Part shown: positions 20,761 through 31,505 of the stretch, one piece after another
Layout: each line of letters begins with the position of its first letter
How positions within the stretch are numbered: the stretch's first letter is position 1
Assembly (NCBI GenBank): GCA_049967655.1
Contig: JBMFSH010000003.1
Span: forward strand, 32,001-96,000
Source of the DNA: Acidobacteriota bacterium
Lineage (GTDB): Bacteria; Acidobacteriota; UBA4820; DSQY01
DNA: 64,000 nucleotides
Direction: 5' to 3'
The notes under the pieces: model-generated
What the model saw: only the letters and a program-made list of their open reading frames with translations
Told to the model about the DNA's origin: nothing
The model's database searches: none
Made by a program: the position numbers and the translations under genes

Positions 20761-22011
20761 TTAGGGAGCCGGCACTGGGTGCTTGCTCGGAAGAGCCGGA
20801 GCGGGCGCTGGAGGGGGCAACTCGGCGAGGGTGAAGCCCGCCACCCGCCCCAGCCGCGGTGCTTGGGCGGCTACCCGGATGGCCTCGATGTCGAGGAGAG
20901 AAGCGTCTCGGACAAGGTAAGGAGGGTCCACGTCCGCGCGGGAGAGGTCCTGGCCGGCGAAGCGCAGGGTCATCGTCCGTTCTCCCGCCTCCAGCGAGGC
21001 CTCCACCGAGGCGTAGGCCACCTCGACCTCCGCGCCCGAAGGCGACCGCCCCGTCAGGGTGGCCTGGAGCCGGTACGTTCCTGCCTTGGGCAGCTTGACG
21101 CGGACGGGCACCTCCACGGCCGAGACCCCCGTCGGATCGCGGAGGACCTGGCAAGGCCGGGCCCCGAGGATGCGGAAGCCACCCTCCGAAAGGGCCAGCG
21201 CGGCATGGCCGACGCGGTGGAGCGGTAGGCCATCGGCGGTGCCCGAAGCGTCCACCTTGACGTCCTCCATGCCGCCTCCCGGCTCCACCGGCAGGAAGCA
21301 GGAGTAAACGCCGTCACCGGCGGTGGCGTCGGGTGCAACGCCGTCATCGCGCAGGATCACGCGGACGGGCGAACCCGCCGAGGTGCTTCGGACCATGGCC
21401 GTCACGCGGAACCCGGGCAGGGGAGCCCCGCTATTCTGGTTGAACAGCTTGGCGTAGAGGACTGGATGGCCGCCGGGCGAGGAGACCATCTCCGAAAGGC
21501 TCACCCGCATCCGGTAGCCCGAGCCGTCCTGGACGGCCACCATGAAGGCCTTGGCTCCGCTCTGGGCGTGGCTGAAGTCGAGCGTGTAACGCCCCGGTGC
21601 GGCGGGGGAGATTTTCAGAAGGGTGGCCGTGGGCGGAAGATCCACAAGTCCCGACAGCTCAGCCGAAGAACCCGCTGCGAAAGCGGCCTCGGTCCGGCCG
21701 TCGGGCGCGAAGGGAGTCCCCTGCGGGTCCAGCAGTCGCAGGCCAGTTTCCGCCGTCGGGACGCCCACGGGCCACACCACGACCCTGGCGTCCGGGCCGC
21801 GGAGCACCACGGAGGCGCTGCTGTGGCGGGTGGCATCCACGACGAAGGCGTCGAGCGACGAGGTGCTGGCGAAGGGTCTCGGGGCCACGTAGGGAGTCTG
21901 GGGAGCGAAGCCCTGGCTCATCTGAGTGGCGGAGCCCGCGGCGAACAGGGAGAGCACGGGGAGGAGCGCCGCGAGGAGGACGGGTGTGCGATGGCTCTTG
22001 AACGGTCTCAT
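20761..22011 (-). CDS. Secreted DUF4785-like / choice-of-anchor X protein
   Basis: Signal peptide MRPFKSHRTPVLLAALL; LRDDGVAPDATAGDGVYS Ca-binding-like motif; C-terminal GTYRLQATL..PPYLVRD Ig-like domain. Confidence 0.75.
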   Translation of the reverse strand: MRPFKSHRTPVLLAALLPVLSLFAAGSATQMSQGFAPQTPYVAPRPFASTSSLDAFVVDATRHSSASVVLRGPDARVVVWPVGVPTAETGLRLLDPQGTPFAPDGRTEAAFAAGSSAELSGLVDLPPTATLLKISPAAPGRYTLDFSHAQSGAKAFMVAVQDGSGYRMRVSLSEMVSSPGGHPVLYAKLFNQNSGAPLPGFRVTAMVRSTSAGSPVRVILRDDGVAPDATAGDGVYSCFLPVEPGGGMEDVKVDASGTADGLPLHRVGHAALALSEGGFRILGARPCQVLRDPTGVSAVEVPVRVKLPKAGTYRLQATLTGRSPSGAEVEVAYASVEASLEAGERTMTLRFAGQDLSRADVDPPYLVRDASLLDIEAIRVAAQAPRLGRVAGFTLAELPPPAPAPALPSKHPVPAP

Positions 22012-22022
22012 GGGTTCCCCCC

Positions 22023-22865
22023 TCAAAAGTCGTACGACAGATAGGTGCCGATCGGCCGAAAATCGTTGCGGCGGTTGTGGTGGTGGTTGGCATCGGTCTC
22101 GAACCAGAGGGTACCCACCGCCTCCGCCGAATACTGGGCCACCATGCCGTCGTTGGCGCCGGGGAAGCCGCTCACCGAGGCGAGCGCCGCCAGGCCGTAG
22201 TCTTCCGCGTGGGCCCAGTCGTTGAAGATGGCCAGCCCGGTGTCCACCCCGGCGATGCAGTAGAAGCTCTTGGGGAGGGCGGGCCTGCCCGCCGTGCCGA
22301 AGAGCCAGTACTGGTTGTAATAGGCCATCCAGTCGGTGCGGCAATTATAGGTGGAGTTCGTGTTCTCGCCCACGAGGTCCACCAGCCAGCCCGTGAGCCA
22401 GGAGCCCGACAGCGTGCCTGCGAGGTCGGCCGCCTCGGAGCCGTCCTGCGGGGCGGCGATGGTGTTCACCCACCGCGTGGCGTTCACCACCGTCTGGTAG
22501 TCCGAGTTCCGGTTCGGGTTCGAGAAGATCCACCGCACAACCACTCCGCCGAAGGAGTGGGTGTCGATGACGAGGTCCGTAATTCCCTGCGTATTGACGA
22601 AGGAGGCGATCTGAGAGGCCACCTGGTCGCCCGCCACCCACATGTACTGGGTGCCGTCGTAGTGGCAGACGATGTAGGGCACGCTGTAGTTCTTGGTGAC
22701 CGCCGCGATCATGGGCGAAGTCCAGTAGGCGAGCGCCGTGGAGACATTCTGGAGATCCGCCCCACCCTTGCCGTGAACTAGGGCCACCCCCGTTTTGGCC
22801 CAGAGGTTCAGGGCGCACAACAGTAAAACCGAGACCAACAGGACGGTACGAGCTCTTCTTCTCAT
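22023..22865 (-). CDS. Secreted alpha/beta-hydrolase (lipase-like)
   Basis: AGGAGG SD; signal peptide; VALVHG, THSFGG nucleophile elbow, GSEAAD, NDGMV, NHHH. Confidence 0.85.
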   Translation of the reverse strand: MRRRARTVLLVSVLLLCALNLWAKTGVALVHGKGGADLQNVSTALAYWTSPMIAAVTKNYSVPYIVCHYDGTQYMWVAGDQVASQIASFVNTQGITDLVIDTHSFGGVVVRWIFSNPNRNSDYQTVVNATRWVNTIAAPQDGSEAADLAGTLSGSWLTGWLVDLVGENTNSTYNCRTDWMAYYNQYWLFGTAGRPALPKSFYCIAGVDTGLAIFNDWAHAEDYGLAALASVSGFPGANDGMVAQYSAEAVGTLWFETDANHHHNRRNDFRPIGTYLSYDF

Positions 22866-22894
22866 CCCGCTCCTCCTTGAGAGATCCATCCTTT

Positions 22895-22910
22895 AGCAAT
22901 GATCGTACCA
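22895..22910 (-). promoter_or_regulatory. Sigma-54 promoter of the hydrolase/partner operon
   Basis: Minus strand TGGTACGATCATTGCT (GG-N10-GC), 30 nt upstream of ATG; AT-rich tract at 23000-23065 further upstream. Confidence 0.65.
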
Positions 22911-23106
22911 ACGCCCGCGTGCAGAGGGTGGAAACACCGCTGCAACGGGCATTGCGAGGAGGCCCTCCGGGGCGGCCCTCGCCGCCAAAACGTGAACCAA
23001 GTATCATGAAATGGCATGGAGACTTGTCTAGTATCCAGTAAATAAAATAGATAGGCAATGCATTCTCGGTTCACGGCGGTTCGTGAACGCAAGCCTCACT
23101 CTAGAG

Positions 23107-23369
23107 CCACAATCCCGCGATGGAACGGGGGAAAGAGCATGGAAAGCGGGCGGAACAAGCCATTGAAGAAGAGGCCCTTGTCACCTATCAAGGGATTGGG
23201 GCGCCCTCGAGCCGAAGGCGAAGAGGGCGCCAAGGGAGAGGTGGGGCCCCATCGGGCTTTGCCCGTGGGGCGGGGAGGAAATGGCCCTCCCCGTCCAGGA
23301 GACAACGCCTTTCCCCCGTGAACCCGAGCCGTAGCCGAAGGCACCCGCGTCTCCATCGCGGAATTTGGG
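23107..23369. mobile_element. MITE with family-1 TIRs but a different, hairpin-rich interior (copy D)
   Basis: Ends CAATCCCGCGATGGA ... TCCATCGCGGAATTTGGG. Confidence 0.6.
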
Positions 23370-23382
23370 CGGAGCGGACCCC

Positions 23383-23412
23383 TTGACCGAGGCCCGTACC
23401 GGAGGGTATGCT
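23383..23412 (+). promoter_or_regulatory. Sigma-70 promoter of the tyrA leader
   Basis: TTGACC-N18-TATGCT. Confidence 0.6.
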
Positions 23413-23438
23413 CGGGGAGAACCTGGAGGGAGCTGAAG

Positions 23439-23534
23439 GTGGATGACGGGTCGGACCGGATGAACAGGATCGGGCGCTGGGGCGTCGCGTACGCCTACTA
23501 TTACGCCTTCGACCCGTCGTGTCCGGCGCCCTGA
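23439..23534 (+). CDS. Tyr-rich attenuator leader peptide (MDDGSDR)MNRIGRWGVAYAYYYAFDPSCPAP
   Basis: GTG 23439 (GGAGG SD at 23425) or in-frame ATG 23460; TAC GCC TAC TAT TAC at 23490-23504; stop 23532-23534; precedes terminator and tyrA. Confidence 0.85.
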   Translation: MDDGSDRMNRIGRWGVAYAYYYAFDPSCPAP

Positions 23535-23555
23535 GGGTCCCGTTGGATCGCGATC

Positions 23556-23583
23556 AGGCCCGCCGGAGACGGCGGGCCTTTTT
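23556..23583 (+). terminator. Attenuator terminator upstream of tyrA
   Basis: AGGCCCGCCG-GAGA-CGGCGGGCCT-TTTT: perfect 10-bp stem, GNRA loop, U-tract. Confidence 0.88.
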
Positions 23584-23624
23584 CATGCCCCGAGGAGCAT
23601 CCGCACCTGACGATGGAGGAGATC

Positions 23625-24785
23625 ATGCCGAAACGGCCCAAACCGAAGGCGAAGGCGGCGATGGCGGAGGCGGCGCCGACGGGAGACCTGGAGCAGCACC
23701 GGCGCACCATCGAGGAGTTGGATGCCCGCATCCTCGACCTCGCCGCGCAGCGGATGGAGACGGCCCAGAAGATCGCCCGCTTCAAGATCGCGCGGCGCAT
23801 CCCGCTGCGCAACTTCGAGGTGGAGGCCCAGGTGCGCTCACGCATGGAGCGGCGATGCCTGGAGCGGGGGATTGATCCCGCTCTCGGACGGGAGCTGGCC
23901 TTGCTCCTCATCGGACATTCGCTCCTGGCCCAATCTCCCATTGTGGAGAGCAGCTACGAGGGCTCACTCCTTCGGGTCCTGGTGGTGGGCGGCATGGGCG
24001 GCATGGGCGGCTGGATGGCCCGCTTCCTGTCAGGACAAGGACATCAAGTGACCATCTTTGACATAGCCGGCGGCGACTCGTCCTTCCCTCGCGCCCAGAG
24101 CTTTGAGGATGGCCTGGAGAACGCCGATCTCGTCGTCCTGGCCGTCCCCATGAGCGCCTGCGCGGAGCTCCTGCGCCGACTCGGGCGCCTGCCCGCCCGC
24201 CCGGTCGTTGCCGAACTGTGCAGCCTCAAGCTCCACCTGCGCCCGGCCCTGGAGGCGGCCCGGTCCGTGGGGCTGCGCGTGGTCTCCTTCCACCCCATGT
24301 GGGGCCCGGAGGCGAGGCTCCTGAGCGGCAAGCGGCTCCTTCTGGTGCGTTCGGGCAACGAACGGGAGGAGGAGCTCGTAAGGGGCCTCTTCGCGCCCAC
24401 CAGCGTGACCATCCATGATCTCTCGCTGGAGGAGCACGACCGGAGGATGGCCGTGGTGCTGGGGCTTGCGCACTTGGTCAACCTCGGTTTCGCCAGGGCC
24501 CTGGCCCTGTGCGGATTGTCCCCGGAGGCGCTCCGGGAGGCTGCCGGCGTGACCTTCGGCAAGCAGCTCCGGACCACGCTGGAGGTGGTTTCGGAGAACC
24601 CCGATCTCTACTTCGAGATTCAGCGCCTGAGCGGTTCCACGTCGGAGCCCTTGGAGCGGCTTCATGAGGCCCTTGGAGACTTCAAGAGAGCGGTGGAGGC
24701 CGGCGACGCCGCGGCCTTTTCCGCCTACATGGAGGAGGCAAAGGCCCGACTGTCCCATGCGGGGGCGTTCGAGGAGTGGGTCTGA
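23625..24785 (+). CDS. tyrA: Bifunctional chorismate mutase / prephenate dehydrogenase
   Basis: GGAGGAG SD; AroQ domain (RRTIEELDARILDLAAQR); GGMGGMG Rossmann motif, HPMWGP, EEHDRRMA..LGLAH. Confidence 0.9.
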   Translation: MPKRPKPKAKAAMAEAAPTGDLEQHRRTIEELDARILDLAAQRMETAQKIARFKIARRIPLRNFEVEAQVRSRMERRCLERGIDPALGRELALLLIGHSLLAQSPIVESSYEGSLLRVLVVGGMGGMGGWMARFLSGQGHQVTIFDIAGGDSSFPRAQSFEDGLENADLVVLAVPMSACAELLRRLGRLPARPVVAELCSLKLHLRPALEAARSVGLRVVSFHPMWGPEARLLSGKRLLLVRSGNEREEELVRGLFAPTSVTIHDLSLEEHDRRMAVVLGLAHLVNLGFARALALCGLSPEALREAAGVTFGKQLRTTLEVVSENPDLYFEIQRLSGSTSEPLERLHEALGDFKRAVEAGDAAAFSAYMEEAKARLSHAGAFEEWV

Positions 24786-24809
24786 ACGGCGAAGCAGACC
24801 GAGGAGCAC

Positions 24810-24843
24810 AAAAGAGCCCGGGCGGAGGTGGCGCCCGCCCGGG
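24810..24843 (-). terminator. Intrinsic terminator between tyrA and the spy-like gene
   Basis: CCCGGGCGG...CCGCCCGGG stem followed by CTCTTTT on the minus strand. Confidence 0.6.
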
Positions 24844-24882
24844 TAAGGGGGAAGGAAAGGAAGCTGGTGCTGAGAAGGCTCT

Positions 24883-25419
24883 TCAGGGAGCGGGCTGGTC
24901 CTGCGGGGGCGGGGCGTCCGGGCCCTGACCGTAGCCGTCGGGAGGAGGGGCCAAGGGCCGTCCCATCCCCTGTCCGCGGCCCTGGCGCCAGGCCCCGCGG
25001 CCCTGCCCCATCCGGTGGGCGCGGCGTTCCATCATGCGCTCGCGGAAGAGCTGGCGGGCCTGCTGCCACTGCTCCGGGGTGAGGATCTTGCGGACCTGCT
25101 GCATGTGGCCGAAGCGGAGCTTCGCCACCTGGGCCTTGGCCAGGGCCAAGTCATCGATGGCCTTGTCCACTTTGGCCGGGTCTGGGTTGTCCTTGCTCAT
25201 CTCTTCGCGCAGGGAGAGCTGCTGAAGCTCCACGTTTCTTCGCAGATCGATCATCTTTCGCGCCTGCTCGAAGCGGAGCTGCCGGAGCTGGTCCTGTTGC
25301 TGCTGCGTCAGGTTGAGCTCCTGGGCCATCCTCATGGGGTTGCCGGGCATTTGGGCGAAGAGGGCGGCGCCGGCGGCGATCACCCCAGCGGCCAGTGCAA
25401 CTTTTGTCCACGTCTTCAT
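24883..25419 (-). CDS. Spy/CpxP-family periplasmic protein
   Basis: Signal peptide MKTWTKVALAAG; ELNLTQQQ and KILTPEQ LTxxQ motifs. Confidence 0.85.
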   Translation of the reverse strand: MKTWTKVALAAGVIAAGAALFAQMPGNPMRMAQELNLTQQQQDQLRQLRFEQARKMIDLRRNVELQQLSLREEMSKDNPDPAKVDKAIDDLALAKAQVAKLRFGHMQQVRKILTPEQWQQARQLFRERMMERRAHRMGQGRGAWRQGRGQGMGRPLAPPPDGYGQGPDAPPPQDQPAP

Positions 25420-25467
25420 GGGTGTTCCTCCTTCAGGTTGCATGGACAGAGTGCGCACCGGGGTGGT

Positions 25468-25716
25468 TTAGTCCTTTCGGGAAGGCGCGCCGTCGCCGTC
25501 CGCCGACGGCCGTCGGGAGGAGAGGAGCCCTTCCAGGTCCAGGGTCCTGATGGCGTCCATGGCGGCCTCCCAGGCCCCCTCGTGACAGAGGCCGGCGGTG
25601 GCCGCATCCTCGTAGGCCCGCACGGCGGTTTCCCGGCAGAGGTCGCGAACCCGCTCCGCCAGGCTCCGCAACTCCTCGGGAAGAGACCTAAAACCCGAAT
25701 TCTCCATCATGCTCAT
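25468..25716 (-). CDS. Small conserved hypothetical protein
   Basis: LAERVRDLC..AVRAYEDA..AGLCHEGAWEAAMDAIR helical motif; start uncertain (25707-25716). Confidence 0.65.
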   Translation of the reverse strand: MSMMENSGFRSLPEELRSLAERVRDLCRETAVRAYEDAATAGLCHEGAWEAAMDAIRTLDLEGLLSSRRPSADGDGAPSRKD

Positions 25717-25861
25717 GAAACACCCCACATCCCATGAACCGCATGCATTGGGCAGGTATTGCGCGTTCAGCCGGGAAAGCCAAGCGGTGCCCTGCCCCGA
25801 CAGCCATCCGTGCGCTTGGCGGTACAGTGGGGCCGTGGTATGGTTCCCTCCTGGAGGAGCC

Positions 25862-26338
25862 ATGGAGCCCTTCGTTCGAGAGTATGAAGCCTGCGAGAGG
25901 GGTCTGGCGGAAGCCCTTCCGGCCCACCTCGGCCGGGAAGGGCGTCTGCGGGCCTGCGTGGAGCTTCTCTGGGAGCACCTGCGGAGCCGCGGTGTGGACT
26001 GGCTGGGCGTCTACCTCATCAACGATGCACGGGACGCCATGCTTCTTCACGAGTGCCGGCCCAGACCCGCCTGCTCGCCCATTCCCCTGCACGGCGTCTG
26101 CGGACGGGCCTGGAAGGAGGGGAGGCCCCAGGTAGTGCCGGATGTGACCGCGCTGGGCGAAGCGCACATCGTCTGCGACCCCGCCAACCTCTCCGAGGTG
26201 GTGGTGCCCCTTTTCGAGCCGGACGGCACCTGTTACGGAGTGCTCGATCTCGACAGCCGCACGAAGGCAGCCTTCACCGATGCCGACGCCGAGGGTCTCC
26301 GCCGCGCCTTGCAAGCCGCCGGCCTCACCGCGCGATGA
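25862..26338 (+). CDS. msrC: GAF-domain free methionine-R-sulfoxide reductase-like protein
   Basis: GGAGGAG SD; W.GVY, ACSPI..GVCG, HIVCD, SEVVVP, VLDLDS. Confidence 0.75.
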   Translation: MEPFVREYEACERGLAEALPAHLGREGRLRACVELLWEHLRSRGVDWLGVYLINDARDAMLLHECRPRPACSPIPLHGVCGRAWKEGRPQVVPDVTALGEAHIVCDPANLSEVVVPLFEPDGTCYGVLDLDSRTKAAFTDADAEGLRRALQAAGLTAR

Positions 26339-26368
26339 TGGATGAAAGGCGCGGCTCCACCACCGCCC

Positions 26369-27862
26369 CTAGCGTCCCGCGTCCCGCCTCTCGCTCTCAT
26401 TCAGATGCGGCAGGAAGAAGATCAGCGCCATGCCTGGAATGGTGGCGATGAAGGTGAAGCCGAAGAAGGCGGCGTAGCCGAGCCAGTGGGCGAGGAAGCC
26501 CGAGAGGACGCCGGAGAGGCTGGAGGCCACGTTCATGACGCTCGTGGCGAGGGACATGTGGGCCGCCTTGTAGGCCGGCTTGCAGGTCCGCATGATGAAG
26601 ACCAGGAAGACCGCCGTGCCGTTCCCCGCGCCGAAGGCCTCCAAGACCACGAAGAGCGCCACCACCGTGAGGTTGGCCGTGCCCCGCTCGGGATGGCCGA
26701 TGATCCCCCCGTAGATCAGCGCGAGCAGCATGTAGAAGAGGTTCGGCAGGTTCTGGGCGAGGACCAGCGGCCAAATCACCCGCTTGAGCCCGAAGCGTCC
26801 GATGAGGTGGCCGCCGAGAATCCCCCCCGCGATGGAGGCGCCGATGCCGAGGGTCCCGTAGATGAGCCCGTACTGGGCCCTGTCCACGCCGATGTCCTTC
26901 AGCATGGGGTAGACCATGGCCAGCAGGAAGGCCTCCCCCGAGCGGTAGAGAACCAGGAAGGCCAGGATGACGCCGATGCGCGGCTGGTCCAGGTAGTCGA
27001 TGAAGGCCCTGGCGTAGAAGGAATCGGAGGCGGCCAGGTGGCGGCGAAGGCGCGGCAGGTTGGCCAGGAGCAGCAGAAGCGCGGATAAAAGGCCGAGGGT
27101 GATCCAGCCGGGAACCCCCACCCTGGCCAGGTAGGGCTGGAGGTCCTTCCTGGCCGCCGCCACCGGCGCCAGTAGCCACAGCGCCCGGAGGGCCAGGAGG
27201 AGCAGGGCCGTTCCGGCCACCCAAAGCAGTCGCCTGGGCGAGGCCGCCCACCGGGCCAGATCGGAGATGGGCCGCCTGGGCTCCTCCACCTTCGGAAGGA
27301 AGAGGAGGTGGTAGACCATGAGGCCGGCCAGCAGCGCCGCCGAGAGGAGGAAGGCAGGGCTCCAGCCGGCGACCCCAGAGAGCCAGACGATGCCGCCGCC
27401 GCCCGCGATGAGGGCCAGGCGGTAGGCCATGGCCTGGTAGCCGACGTACCGGGCCTGCCCCTCCCGGTCCAGCGCCTCCAGGTAGTAACCGTCGATGGCG
27501 ATGTCGTGGCTGGCCGAGAGGAAGGCCGTGATCAGGAAGAGCACCGAGGCCACCGCCAGGGGGTCGGCGAGGGCGGAGCCGGCGGCCAGGGCCAGCGCCG
27601 CCGCCGCGAGCGCGGCCTCCGCCGCCAGGAGCCACCTCCGCTTGGTGGCGAAGGCGTCGGCCAGGGGCGCCCAGAGGAACTTGAGGACCCACGGCAGGCC
27701 GTAGAGCGAGGTCATGCCCACGGCCTCCAGGCTGGCGCCGTGGTCCCTGAAGAAGACGGTGGAGATCTGGCGGACGAGGCTGTAGGGGAAGCCTTCGGCG
27801 AAGTAGGTCGAGAGCACCCAGAAGGGAGGGGCCTTCTTGCGGGGGGCCGTTTCCGCGTTCAT
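26369..27862 (-). CDS. ampG: AmpG-family MFS muropeptide permease
   Basis: YFAEGFP, LPWVLKFLWAP, SASHDIAIDGYY. Confidence 0.85.
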   Translation of the reverse strand: MNAETAPRKKAPPFWVLSTYFAEGFPYSLVRQISTVFFRDHGASLEAVGMTSLYGLPWVLKFLWAPLADAFATKRRWLLAAEAALAAAALALAAGSALADPLAVASVLFLITAFLSASHDIAIDGYYLEALDREGQARYVGYQAMAYRLALIAGGGGIVWLSGVAGWSPAFLLSAALLAGLMVYHLLFLPKVEEPRRPISDLARWAASPRRLLWVAGTALLLLALRALWLLAPVAAARKDLQPYLARVGVPGWITLGLLSALLLLLANLPRLRRHLAASDSFYARAFIDYLDQPRIGVILAFLVLYRSGEAFLLAMVYPMLKDIGVDRAQYGLIYGTLGIGASIAGGILGGHLIGRFGLKRVIWPLVLAQNLPNLFYMLLALIYGGIIGHPERGTANLTVVALFVVLEAFGAGNGTAVFLVFIMRTCKPAYKAAHMSLATSVMNVASSLSGVLSGFLAHWLGYAAFFGFTFIATIPGMALIFFLPHLNESERRDAGR

Positions 27863-27946
27863 GGGAGCTGCCGGCCCGCGCCGAAAACCGGGCGCGGCGG
27901 GGGGCGGCGCCGTCCACCGCTCTGATCGGGGAGGCCGAGACCCCCC

Positions 27947-29848
<1,902 letters not shown>

Positions 29849-30146
29849 CCGCAACCTCCTCCGGAGCGGGATTGTAACGGAGAAAGGCGGGATGCGAAAG
29901 GCGGAGGGCGGAAGAAGAGGGGCAAACCACAGAGCCACAGAGACACAAAGGAGTGACGAAGGGCTAAAGAAGGGGCCAAACCACAGAGGCGCAGAGACAC
30001 GGAGGAACGATGAAGGGCTGAGGGAGGATGCGGCCGCCGACCGCCGTCTCGCTTTTCGCCTCTCACGCCTCGCGGCTAAATTTCCGCCGCCTTGCCGCTC
30101 CGGCGGCCGCGTGCCATGCTGGGGGCTGACTCGGCGGAGGTGGATC

Positions 30147-30521
30147 ATGAGGCTCCTGCACACGATGCTGAGGGTGCGAGATCTCGAGAAAAGCCTGGCC
30201 TTCTACTGCGGCTTCATCGGCCTGCACGAGGTCCGGCGCACGCCCGTGGGCGATGAGGCCACCCTCGTCTTCCTCACGGACGAGGAGGAGCGGTACTTCC
30301 TGGAGCTGACCTACAACCACGACAACCCGGACTACACGCTGGGGGACCAGTACGGCCACCTCGCCTTCGGGACGCCCGACCTGGATGCGGTGGAGGCGGA
30401 GGTGAAGCGCCGCGGCTGGGAGTTCTGGCCGAGCCGGCCCGAGCTGAAGAGCCGCTACCTCTTCGTCTGCGACCCCGACGGGTACGACGTGGAGATCATT
30501 GAGACGAGGGGGCGTGGTTAG
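30147..30521 (+). CDS. gloA: Lactoylglutathione lyase (glyoxalase I)
   Basis: MRLLHTMLRV, LELTYN, YGHLAF, DPDGY.VE. Confidence 0.9.
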   Translation: MRLLHTMLRVRDLEKSLAFYCGFIGLHEVRRTPVGDEATLVFLTDEEERYFLELTYNHDNPDYTLGDQYGHLAFGTPDLDAVEAEVKRRGWEFWPSRPELKSRYLFVCDPDGYDVEIIETRGRG

Positions 30522-30606
30522 GTAATTAGGCGATTCAGCGATTAAGCGAGTAAGCGATTAGGCAAGTAAGCGATTCGGCGAGTGGGCTGTTAGGCGAATG
30601 GGGCAA
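30522..30606 (+). repeat. Degenerate octamer tandem repeat (GCRAKTAR), about 10 units
   Basis: gcgattca gcgattaa gcgagtaa gcgattag gcaagtaa gcgattcg, directly after the gloA stop. Confidence 0.85.
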
Positions 30607-30656
30607 GAGATCGGGTCAGCATCTCGCGTCTCACGTTTCGCTTTGCGGAGGTTGTC

Positions 30657-31013
30657 ATGCCGCACCTGAAAGAGTTCCGCGAATTCCGCGAAAAGATGAA
30701 CGGGCGCATCCTGGCCGAGGGCCACAAGGGGATCCAGCGCTTCTTCGCGCTGGATTCGCAGGCCTACGCCGAAGGGGCCCTGCCGCCCAAGACCAAGGAG
30801 CTCATGGGGCTGACGGCCTCCATGGTGCTCCGCTGCGACGACTGCATCGCCTACCACGTGATCCGGTGCAGGGAGGAGGGGTGCAGCCGGGCCGAGCTCT
30901 TCGAGGCCTTCAACGTGGCCCTCGTGGTGGGCGGCTCCATCGTCATTCCCCACCTCCGTCGGGCCGTGGCCCTCCTGGATGAAATGGAGGCGCAGGGAGG
31001 GGAGGCGCCGTGA
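30657..31013 (+). CDS. Carboxymuconolactone decarboxylase / AhpD-like protein
   Basis: GAL..KTKELMGL, RCDDCIAYH. Confidence 0.9.
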   Translation: MPHLKEFREFREKMNGRILAEGHKGIQRFFALDSQAYAEGALPPKTKELMGLTASMVLRCDDCIAYHVIRCREEGCSRAELFEAFNVALVVGGSIVIPHLRRAVALLDEMEAQGGEAP

Positions 31014-31078
31014 ACCGCTTCGCCGCCGTGGGTTGGGCCGAGGGAGGCCCGGCCGGAAGCGCCGGGAGGAGGTGAGCT

Positions 31079-31429
31079 GTGCTTGGCCGGCGATGGTTTC
31101 CGGGACTCTTGTGGGGCGGCGCGGCGGCTTCGGGCGCGGCGGCCTGGCTCTTCGAGGGCTGGCGCTGGGAGGGACGCCTCACGGCTCTGCTGCTCCTGGG
31201 AGGGGCCGTGGTCGTGGGCTACCTTCGCCCCCGGATCATGTGGGCGGCCGCCGGCCTGGTTCTGGCCTCGGTTCTGGCCGCGCGCTGGCTGGGCGGGCTG
31301 GTGGGGTTCACGCCCTCGCCGGCCTTCTCGCCGTGGACCGTTCTGGTGCCCCTCGTTCCCCTGCTGGCCGGCGCGTGGCTGGGCGCCTCGCTGAGGCCGC
31401 GGGGAAAGCCCCGAAAGTCAGCCTCTTAA
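31079..31429 (+). CDS. Small membrane protein, about 4 TM
   Basis: GGAGGAGG SD before GTG; hydrophobic segments with basic tail. Confidence 0.55.
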   Translation: MLGRRWFPGLLWGGAAASGAAAWLFEGWRWEGRLTALLLLGGAVVVGYLRPRIMWAAAGLVLASVLAARWLGGLVGFTPSPAFSPWTVLVPLVPLLAGAWLGASLRPRGKPRKSAS

Positions 31430-31437
31430 CGAACCTG

Positions 31438-31466
31438 AAAAAATGAGGGCCCCGTCGCCGGGGCCC
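31438..31466 (-). terminator. sodA terminator
   Basis: GGGCCCCG-4 nt-CGGGGCCC stem followed by TCATTTTTT on the minus strand. Confidence 0.65.
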
Positions 31467-31505
31467 GTGGCTGGACTGCCTGCCGTGTGGTGTGGCGGTT
31501 CGGGA

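Noticed and set aside
23443..23463. Mini-ORF MTGRTG overlapping the leader ATG
   Set aside because: No regulatory codons; in-frame GTG 23439 has the better-placed SD, though coupling cannot be excluded
31010..31078. GTG overlapping the AhpD-like stop with in-frame TGA at 31073 (possible selenocysteine or readthrough)
   Set aside because: Strong SD precedes GTG 31079; no SECIS-like or redox context
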